A stretch of 24,805 nt of DNA from Betaproteobacteria bacterium (lineage in GTDB: Bacteria > Pseudomonadota > Gammaproteobacteria > Burkholderiales > SG8-39). Position 1 is the first letter of the stretch; every line of letters starts with the position of its first letter. This document shows, one piece after another, positions 1 through 8,165 of this stretch. The stretch lies in contig VBDM01000022.1 of NCBI GenBank assembly GCA_005881355.1, forward strand, positions 1-24,805, in the 5' to 3' direction. The position numbers were made by a program, and so were the translations under genes. A model generated the notes under the pieces. The model saw nothing but the letters and a program-made list of their open reading frames with translations, was not told where the DNA came from and searched no databases.

Positions 1-1528
<1,528 letters not shown>

Positions 1529-1612
1529 ACCGCGCAGGGTCTGCGGTGACCCGCATCCAGACCTGCTTCGCAATCGCATGAACTCCGACCGGAAACCGAA
1601 GTGGAGGCAGTC

Positions 1613-2524
1613 ATGAGGAAGCAATTCTCGATCGGCGCGGCGTTCGTCGCGCTCGTGCTGGGGGCGCCCGGCGCCTCGATCGCGCAGTCCAAATCAAAGC
1701 CGGCGCGCCCCTCCCCGCTTGCGATCGTCGAGGCCGTGCAGATGCCCGCTTGGTTCGAGCGCAGCGGCGCGAGGTACCCGCTCACACCGGGCGTGGAACT
1801 CAAGGATCGCGACCACCTGATGACCGGGGCCAATTCGCGCCTGCTCCTCAGGATGGCCGACGGGAGCTCAGTCAAGCTCGGCGAGAACGGCTCGCTCTCC
1901 TTCGAAGGCATGCGCATGCGCGGCGACAATGTTTTCGAGGCGGCGATGAAAGTGGCCGAAGGCGCCTTCCGCTTTACTTCCGACTTCTTCGCGCGGTTCC
2001 GCGGCAGGCGCGAAGTGCGCGTCACCGTCCGGACCGTGGCCGCCGGTATTCGCGGCACTGACCTCTGGGGCAAATCTACCCCCGATCGCCAGATCCTGTG
2101 CCTGATCGAGGGCAAGATCGACGTCACGCCGCCAGGCGAGAGCCCGATCGGCATGGATCAGCGGCTGTCCTTCTACGTTCGGGAGCGAGGACAATCGCAG
2201 CCGGTCGCGATCGTGCTCGCCGATCAGTTGAGGGAATGGGCGGGTGAGACCGAGACCCAGGCGGGCAGGGGAGTGTCGAAGCGCGGCGGCAAGTGGAAGC
2301 TCACCGCCTCCCCGGGCCTGGCGCCCAACCGGGCGCTGGATCTTTATAGGGATTTGCGCAACGCCGGGTATCCGGCCGAGATCATTCCCGCGAAGGTCGG
2401 GAACAAGCGCGTCTACAACGTGCGGCTGTCCAATTTCGAAACGAGGAAGGACGCCGAGTCCGTCGCGAGCGCGCTCAAGCAGCACCCCGGTCTCCGGCAG
2501 CACGAGTACAAAGTCGGCACGTAG
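1613..2524 (+). CDS. Secreted FecR-domain protein with C-terminal SPOR domain
   Basis: GGAGG at 1603-1607 before ATG 1613 (the ORF track starts at the upstream GTG 1601). Signal peptide MRKQFSIGAAFVALVLGAPGASIA. FecR-like pattern DHLMTGANSRLLLRMADGSSVKLGENGSL...VAEGAFRF...AAGIRGTD. SPOR-like C-terminus LYRDLRNAGYPAEI...VYNVRLSNFETRKDAESVASALK. Confidence 0.75.
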   Translation: MRKQFSIGAAFVALVLGAPGASIAQSKSKPARPSPLAIVEAVQMPAWFERSGARYPLTPGVELKDRDHLMTGANSRLLLRMADGSSVKLGENGSLSFEGMRMRGDNVFEAAMKVAEGAFRFTSDFFARFRGRREVRVTVRTVAAGIRGTDLWGKSTPDRQILCLIEGKIDVTPPGESPIGMDQRLSFYVRERGQSQPVAIVLADQLREWAGETETQAGRGVSKRGGKWKLTASPGLAPNRALDLYRDLRNAGYPAEIIPAKVGNKRVYNVRLSNFETRKDAESVASALKQHPGLRQHEYKVGT

Positions 2525-2568
2525 CGTTCTTCTCGAACGCAAACTCGGTTTTCATTAGAGCCGAGTTT
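2524..2568. terminator. Tandem hairpins after the FecR-SPOR gene (possible terminator)
   Basis: GCGTTC/GAACGC (2524-2540), then AAACTCGGTTTT/AGAGCCGAGTTT (2541-2568, two G-U pairs). Confidence 0.4.
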
Positions 2569-2588
2569 GAAAACGGAAGCGTTTTTCT

Positions 2589-2644
2589 GCAGCCTCAAAT
2601 TTTGGGGGGATGTAAAGGGGGCGTGCCCCCTTTTCGATAACCTG
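2589..2644 (+). repeat. Short degenerate palindromic intergenic repeat, copy 1
   Basis: gcagcctc-aaattttggggggatgtaaagggggcgtgcccccttttcgataacctg aligns by eye with 5727-5781; internal hairpin AAAGGGGG-cgtg-CCCCCTTT. Confidence 0.6.
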
Positions 2645-2689
2645 CCACCGGCGAAGTGCCGATCGAGGACCGTTGAATCCGCGCCTCCG

Positions 2690-2736
2690 TATAATTCCGA
2701 GTCCTCCTTTTGGCGTTCGCTTCGCGGCGGTAAAAT
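2690..2736 (+). promoter_or_regulatory. Candidate -10 boxes for uvrD (TATAAT 2690-2695; TAAAAT 2731-2736)
   Basis: Consensus or near-consensus hexamers upstream of ATG 2758; no good -35 at canonical spacing and no CTG-N10-CAG LexA box seen. Confidence 0.4.
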
Positions 2737-2757
2737 CGCCCATTCGCGAACGCCCGC

Positions 2758-4893
2758 ATGCCCAGTCTCCTTGAGAACCTCAACCCCGAGCAGCTCGCCG
2801 CGGTCACCCTTCCCGACCAGTCGGCGCTGATCCTCGCGGGCGCCGGCTCGGGCAAGACGCGCGTTCTCACCACTCGCATCGCCTGGCTCATCCAGACCGG
2901 GAACGTCAGCCCCAACGGCGTTCTCGCCGTCACCTTCACCAACAAGGCGGCCAAGGAGATGCTCACGCGCATCTCGGCGATGCTGCCGATCAACACCCGG
3001 GGCATGTGGGTCGGCACCTTTCACGGCCTTTGCAACCGCCTCTTGCGCGCGCATTACCGCGACGCCGGCTTGCCGCAGCTCTTTCAGATCCTCGACTCGC
3101 AGGACCAGCACGCCGCCGTCAAGCGCGTGTTGAAAGCGCTCAACGTCGACGAGGACCGGTTCCAGGCGCGTGAAGCGCAGTACTTCATCAACGCGGAGAA
3201 AGAGGAGGGCAGGCGCGCGAAGGACGTCGAAACCACCGACGAAATCACCCGCCGCCTCGCCGAGATCTACGCCGCCTACGACGAGCAATGCCAGCGCGAA
3301 GGCGTGGTCGATTTCGCGGAGCTGCTGCTGCGGACCTACGAGCTGCTTTCGAAGAACGAGGTGCTGCGCGAGCATTACCGGGGCCGCTTCCGGCATATCC
3401 TGGTGGATGAATTCCAGGATACCAATCGGCTGCAGTACCGCTGGCTGAAACTCCTTGCGGGGCCGAAGAACATAGTGTTCGCCGTCGGCGACGACGATCA
3501 GTCCATATACCGGTTCCGGGGAGCGCACGTCGGCAACATGGCCGAGTTCGAACGCGACTTTCGCGTCGAGAACGTCATTCGCTTGGAGCAGAACTACCGC
3601 TCGCACGGGCATATTCTGGCTGCGGCGAACGCGCTCATCGCCCACAACAGGAAGCGCCTGGGCAAGAACCTGTGGACCTCGTCCGGGCACGGCGAACCGG
3701 TGCGCGTATACGAGGCGCGGAGCGACGGCTACGAAGCGAGCTGGCTCACCGAGGAAGTGCAGTCCCTGCGGCGCGACGGACTGCGTCTTGCCGACATCGC
3801 GGTGCTGTACCGCTCGAACGCCCAGTCGCGCATCATCGAGCATGCGCTCTTCTCGAACGGCATGCCGTACCGCGTCTACGGGGGCCTGCGCTTTTTCGAG
3901 CGCATGGAGATCAAGCACGCGCTCGCGTACTTGCGCCTCGCAGCCAACGCGGACGACGACGGAGCATTCCTGCGCGTGGTCAATTTTCCCGCGCGCGGCG
4001 TCGGTGCGCGCACGCTCGAGCAATTGCAGGACGCGGCGAAGGCCGCCGGCACGAGTCTCTGCAAGGCTGCCGCCGGACTTTCGGGCAAGTCTGGCGCGGC
4101 GGTTGCCGCGTTCGTGCGCCTCGTCGAATCGCTCAAGGCGGAGACGCGGGGGCTGCGCCTGCCCGAGGCGGTCGAGGTGATGCTCGAAAGAAGCGGGCTC
4201 GTCGCCCATTACAAGTCCGAAAGGGACGGCGCGGACCGGGTCGAGAACCTGAACGAGCTCGTGAATGCGGCCGCCGCGTTCGTGAGCGAAGAGGAGGAGC
4301 ACGATCTCCCGGCCTTTCTCGCGCACGCCGCGCTCGAGTCGGGCGAGAACCAGGCGGCCGAAGGCGCCGACGCCCTGCAATTGATGACGGTGCACTCGGC
4401 GAAGGGCCTGGAGTTCGCGGCCGTATTCATCACCGGGCTCGAGGAGGGGCTCTTTCCCCACGAGCAAAGCGTTCTCGAGGACGACGGCCTGGAGGAGGAG
4501 CGCAGGCTCATGTACGTCGCGATCACCCGGGCGAGGGCGCGGCTTTACCTCTCTTTTGCCCAGACGCGCATGCTGCACGGACAGACGCGCTACAACGTCG
4601 CCTCGCGTTTCCTCGACGAGCTCCCCGTGGGGGCGGTGAAGCGCCTCACGCCGAGAATGGGGCGCGAGAAGCTCAATGAGGCGGCGTGGGCGCCCGCACC
4701 GACGAAAACTCACGGAGCCAAGGCGCCGGGCCACGGGTTCCGCATCGGCCAGTCGGTGCTGCACCCGAAGTTCGGCCAGGGCGTGATCGTCAACGCGGAA
4801 GGGTCCGGCGCCGACGCGCGGCTGCAGATCAACTTCGGCAAGCAGGGGATGAAGTGGCTCGCGTTGGAATACGCCAAGCTGACCGCCGCGTAG
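2758..4893 (+). CDS. uvrD: DNA helicase II (UvrD, SF1)
   Basis: AGAGSGKTRVL, LVDEFQDTN, VGDDDQSIY, LEQNYRS, LMTVHSAKGLEF, EEERRLMYVAITRA, and a C-terminal Tudor-like tail GFRIGQSVLHPKFGQG that favours UvrD over Rep. Confidence 0.96.
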   Translation: MPSLLENLNPEQLAAVTLPDQSALILAGAGSGKTRVLTTRIAWLIQTGNVSPNGVLAVTFTNKAAKEMLTRISAMLPINTRGMWVGTFHGLCNRLLRAHYRDAGLPQLFQILDSQDQHAAVKRVLKALNVDEDRFQAREAQYFINAEKEEGRRAKDVETTDEITRRLAEIYAAYDEQCQREGVVDFAELLLRTYELLSKNEVLREHYRGRFRHILVDEFQDTNRLQYRWLKLLAGPKNIVFAVGDDDQSIYRFRGAHVGNMAEFERDFRVENVIRLEQNYRSHGHILAAANALIAHNRKRLGKNLWTSSGHGEPVRVYEARSDGYEASWLTEEVQSLRRDGLRLADIAVLYRSNAQSRIIEHALFSNGMPYRVYGGLRFFERMEIKHALAYLRLAANADDDGAFLRVVNFPARGVGARTLEQLQDAAKAAGTSLCKAAAGLSGKSGAAVAAFVRLVESLKAETRGLRLPEAVEVMLERSGLVAHYKSERDGADRVENLNELVNAAAAFVSEEEEHDLPAFLAHAALESGENQAAEGADALQLMTVHSAKGLEFAAVFITGLEEGLFPHEQSVLEDDGLEEERRLMYVAITRARARLYLSFAQTRMLHGQTRYNVASRFLDELPVGAVKRLTPRMGREKLNEAAWAPAPTKTHGAKAPGHGFRIGQSVLHPKFGQGVIVNAEGSGADARLQINFGKQGMKWLALEYAKLTAA

Positions 4894-4931
4894 CGGCGGT
4901 CAAGCTGGCCGCGCATCAAGATTGCGCGGTC
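4881..4931. terminator. Tandem GC hairpins at the uvrD stop (possible terminator between convergent genes)
   Basis: GACCGCCGC-gta-GCGGCGGTC (4881-4901; the stop codon sits in the loop) followed by CCGCGCA/TGCGCGG (4909-4929). No clear U-tract. Confidence 0.4.
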
Positions 4932-4999
4932 AAAGCGCAAGGACCTCGGCTAACGCCTCGGTTTCCCCACTTGGAGTGATTTTCCGCGCCGACCGCTGA

Positions 5000-5242
5000 T
5001 TAATTCTTGTCGAACAGCGGGAGCTGACTCACACCGATCAGCACCGCCTGCTCCACCCCGCGTTTGGCTTCCTCGAGCGTCGCGGCTTGGCCGGCGTGGC
5101 TGCCCGCCTGCCAGCGGTAGACGCCGTCCCATTCTTTTTTCGGACCGAGCTTGACCAGTCCCAGCCGCTCCTTGCCGAGCCAGTAGCCGTGGGACAGGTA
5201 ACCGCGTTCCCAGAAGGCCTGCTTCCTAGAGCGCTTGGGCAT
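5000..5242 (-). CDS. Small hypothetical protein (80 aa) with C-terminal QLPLF motif
   Basis: Strong SD GGGGAGGAG before ATG 5242; TAGAAT -10 at 5267-5262; protein-like composition MPKRSRKQAFWERGYLSHGYW...ATLEEAKRGVEQAVLIGVSQLPLFDKN. Confidence 0.75.
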   Translation of the reverse strand: MPKRSRKQAFWERGYLSHGYWLGKERLGLVKLGPKKEWDGVYRWQAGSHAGQAATLEEAKRGVEQAVLIGVSQLPLFDKN

Positions 5243-5303
5243 CCGCTCCTCCCCAGCGCGCATTCTACTCACGCACGGGCGTTGCGGGGAGAGGGTCGCG
5301 CAC

Positions 5304-5714
5304 CTACCAAAGCGCGCCGACCGAGATCAGCCAGTAACGGGCGAAACGCCCCGCCGCCTGAAAGAGCATGATCGAAAGCCAGTTGAGCTTGAGCCAGCCC
5401 GCAGCGACGCAAAGCGCGTCGCCGAAGAAGGGCAGCCACGAAAACACGAGAAGGGGCGCGCCGTAGCGCCGCAAGCGATCGAGCCGCATGAACGGCTTCT
5501 TCGAGCCGATGTAGCGTCCGATCAGGTACGAGGTCATGCCGCCGAGCGTGTTGCCGAAGGTCGCGATCGCGAGCGCGGGCCAGAGCAGCTCGCCGTGAAT
5601 TCTCAGCACGGCGAAGAGCACCGCCTCCGAGCTCAAGGGGATGAGCGTCGCGGCAAGAAATGTCGCAGCTAACAGGGACCCGAGGCTCGCCCCGGGTGAA
5701 AGAAAGCTCTCCAC
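5304..5714 (-). CDS. yqaA: YqaA family (DedA/SNARE-associated) inner membrane protein
   Basis: FLAATLIPLSSEAV, GNTLGGMTSYLIGR, SWLPFFGDALCVAAGWL and GRFARY are typical YqaA motifs. Confidence 0.88.
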   Translation of the reverse strand: MESFLSPGASLGSLLAATFLAATLIPLSSEAVLFAVLRIHGELLWPALAIATFGNTLGGMTSYLIGRYIGSKKPFMRLDRLRRYGAPLLVFSWLPFFGDALCVAAGWLKLNWLSIMLFQAAGRFARYWLISVGALW

Positions 5715-5726
5715 GCAGAGAGCATA

Positions 5727-5781
5727 GCAGCCTCTGACTTAGGGGATCCAAAGGGGTGCGGCCTCCTTTTTCGACAACCTC
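5727..5781 (+). repeat. Short degenerate palindromic intergenic repeat, copy 2
   Basis: gcagcctc-tgacttaggggatccaaaggggtgcggcctcctttttcgacaacctc, similar to 2589-2644. Confidence 0.6.
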
Positions 5782-5861
5782 ATAGAGGGAAATTTCCGTC
5801 TCGTGTACAGTATCGAAAGCCCGCTAAAAGGGTACCCCCCTTTAGGGGGTACGAAAACAGC

Positions 5862-7397
5862 GTGAAAAACGACTATCTGGAACGGATTCTCAGGGCGCGG
5901 GTGTACGACGTGGCGGTAGAGACGCCGCTCGAAATCGCGCCGAACCTCTCCGCTCGTCTCGGCAATCGGGTGTTACTCAAGCGCGAGGACATGCAGCCGG
6001 TGTTCTCCTTCAAGTGCCGCGGCGCCTACAACAAAATGGCGAATCTGCCCGCGGGGGCGCTCGCCCGCGGGGTCGTCGCCTCCTCGGCCGGCAATCACGC
6101 TCAAGGAGTGGCGCTCGCCGCGCAGAAGCTCGGCTGCGCGGCGGTGATCGTGATGCCGACCACTACGCCCAAGATCAAGGTGGACGCGGTCAAGGCGCGC
6201 GGGGCGGAAGTCCATTTGCGCGGCGACACCTACGACGAGGCCTACGCGGAAGCGAGACGCCTCGAGCGCTCGCGCAAGCTCGCGTTCGTCCACCCTTACG
6301 ATGATCCCGACGTCATCGCGGGCCAGGGCACCATCGGGATGGAAATCGTGCGCCAGGCAACTCAGCCCCTGGACGCGGTGTTCGTCGCGGTGGGCGGCGG
6401 GGGGTTGATCTCGGGCATCGCCTCCTACATCAAGCGCCTGCGGCCGTCGGTCAAGGTGATCGGCGTGGAACCGGTCGACGCCGACGCCATGGCGCGCTCG
6501 CTCAAGGCGGGCCGGCGCGTGGTGCTCGATCACGTGGGCCTGTTCGCGGACGGGGTCGCGGTGAGACAAGTCGGCGAGACGACGTTTCGCCTCTGCCGGG
6601 AGCTCCTCGATGGAATGATTCTCGTGGATACCGACCAGATCTGCGCGGCGATCAAGGACGTGTTCGAGGATACGCGCACGATCCTGGAACCCGCAGGCGC
6701 GCTCGCCATCGCAGGGGCGAAAGCTTACGTCGAGCGAACCGGGGTGCGCGGAAAGAGGCTCGTCGCCGTCGCCTCAGGCGCGAACACCAACTTCGACCGC
6801 CTGCGCTTCGTCGCCGAGCGCGCGGAGGTCGGGGAGCAGCGCGAGGCGATCCTCGCCGTCACCATCCCCGAGCGCCCCGGGAGCTTCAAGAAATTCTGCG
6901 CGACGCTCGGCGCGCGCAGCATCACCGAATTCAACTACCGGATCTCCGATCCGAAGGAGGCGCACGTGTTCGTCGGGGTGGAGGTGCACAACCGCGACGA
7001 AACCGCGCGGATCGTGAAAGTGCTCAAGCGCGAGGGGCTGAAGGCACTCGACCTGTCGGAGGACGAGATGGCGAAGCTGCACGTGCGCCACATGGTCGGG
7101 GGGCACGCGCCCGCCGGGATCCGCACCAGCGTGCGCGGCGCGCCCGACGAGCTGCTTTACCGGTTCGAGTTTCCCGAGCGCCCCGGGGCGCTGATGAAGT
7201 TCCTCTCGAACATGCGCACCGACTGGAACATCAGCCTGTTCCATTACCGCAATCAGGGAAGCGACTACGGCCGGGTGCTGGTCGGCATGCAGGTGCCGCG
7301 CGGGGAGATGCGCGAATTCCAGCGGTTCCTTACGACGCTCGGTTATCCTTACGCAGACGAAAGTCGCAATCCGGCGTATCGGTTGTTTCTCGGATGA
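5862..7397 (+). CDS. ilvA: Threonine ammonia-lyase, biosynthetic
   Basis: LKREDMQPVFSFKCRGAYNKM (PLP lysine), SAGNHAQGVA, VGGGGLISG, GLFADGVAV, SGANTNFDRLRFVAER, two ACT-like regulatory repeats (IPERPGSF; FPERPGAL...FHYRNQG). Confidence 0.97.
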   Translation: MKNDYLERILRARVYDVAVETPLEIAPNLSARLGNRVLLKREDMQPVFSFKCRGAYNKMANLPAGALARGVVASSAGNHAQGVALAAQKLGCAAVIVMPTTTPKIKVDAVKARGAEVHLRGDTYDEAYAEARRLERSRKLAFVHPYDDPDVIAGQGTIGMEIVRQATQPLDAVFVAVGGGGLISGIASYIKRLRPSVKVIGVEPVDADAMARSLKAGRRVVLDHVGLFADGVAVRQVGETTFRLCRELLDGMILVDTDQICAAIKDVFEDTRTILEPAGALAIAGAKAYVERTGVRGKRLVAVASGANTNFDRLRFVAERAEVGEQREAILAVTIPERPGSFKKFCATLGARSITEFNYRISDPKEAHVFVGVEVHNRDETARIVKVLKREGLKALDLSEDEMAKLHVRHMVGGHAPAGIRTSVRGAPDELLYRFEFPERPGALMKFLSNMRTDWNISLFHYRNQGSDYGRVLVGMQVPRGEMREFQRFLTTLGYPYADESRNPAYRLFLG

Positions 7398-7401
7398 AGC
7401 G

Positions 7402-8094
7402 TTAAGACTTCGGTTCGCCGCCGAAATAGCCCGGTGCCATCTCTCCGGCGTAGCAAGCCGGCGACGAGAAGGCCTGTGGGTTATCGAGAAATTTGAGGCC
7501 TTGTGGCTCGCGGCGGTATACGCCGCGCTCGGTTACGACGAAATCGACGGGGATGTCGTGCCGCTGCGGATGGATCGTGGGGAGGTAAGATTGCTCGTAA
7601 GCAACCCCGATGACCCGAGGCCGCTTAGCGAGCGCAGCGAGCGTGCGGTCGAAGAAAGCGCCGCCGTAGCCCAGACGGTATCCGTCTCCGTCCCATCCCA
7701 GCATGGGCAGGAGCACGTGGTCAGGGATTACTGCGGGCGAGCCGACCGGGTGGGGGATTCCGAGCCGCCCCTCTGCCAGTTTCACGCCGGGGTGCCATTC
7801 TCGAAAAATCAGCGGGGTCTTGGGGGCCACGACTACCGGAAGCGCCGACGTTGCGCCTCGTCGGCGAAACGCGGCGGCCAAGTGGCGCGCGTCGTATTCA
7901 TTCTTGTAAGGCCAGCAGAACGCCAGAATGCCGTGCACCAAATCGGGGAAAGCGCGTTCAAGGTGATGGTCGATCCGCGAGCGCAGTTCGGCGAGCTTCC
8001 CTTCGGTCAGCGCGCCGCGTTCCCGCAGGAGCCTTGCGCGCTCATTCTTGCGCCAGGCTGAAACCTCGGAGGGAGTCATCTCGTTCAATCTCAA
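7402..8094 (-). CDS. fau: 5-formyltetrahydrofolate cyclo-ligase (start at TTG 8094 or ATG 8079)
   Basis: WPYKNEYD, ALPVV, PDHVLLPMLGWDGDGYRLGYGGAFFDRTL, IGVAYE, HDIPVDFVVTE. Confidence 0.9.
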   Translation of the reverse strand: MRLNEMTPSEVSAWRKNERARLLRERGALTEGKLAELRSRIDHHLERAFPDLVHGILAFCWPYKNEYDARHLAAAFRRRGATSALPVVVAPKTPLIFREWHPGVKLAEGRLGIPHPVGSPAVIPDHVLLPMLGWDGDGYRLGYGGAFFDRTLAALAKRPRVIGVAYEQSYLPTIHPQRHDIPVDFVVTERGVYRREPQGLKFLDNPQAFSSPACYAGEMAPGYFGGEPKS

Positions 8095-8136
8095 GAACCG
8101 TGCAGAAGTCCTTCATCCGTCGCGAGAAAAAGGCTA

Positions 8137-8161
8137 TGGTATTCTAATAGACGGGAGGAGG
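8137..8161 (+). promoter_or_regulatory. Extended -10 (TGG-TATTCT) and SD (GGAGGAGG) for slt
   Basis: TGnTATTCT at 8137-8145, SD at 8154-8161, TTG start at 8166. Confidence 0.55.
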
Positions 8162-8165
8162 TAAT

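Noticed and set aside
2525-2757. LexA (SOS) box for uvrD
   Set aside because: No CTG-N10-CAG match found by eye in the spacer.
2413-4764. 783-aa minus-strand ORF, plus other long overlapping ORFs (877..2154, 8307..10145, 11206..12336, 14053..15345, 17047..18078, 20202..21083)
   Set aside because: They are antisense or off-frame shadows of well-supported genes. High GC3 suppresses stops in other frames, and the translations are Arg/Ala/Gly-rich without recognisable motifs.
8095-8165. 6S RNA (ssrS), often upstream of the 5-formyl-THF cyclo-ligase gene
   Set aside because: Only ~70 bp separate it from the divergent slt gene, too short for 6S RNA, and no matching structure is seen.
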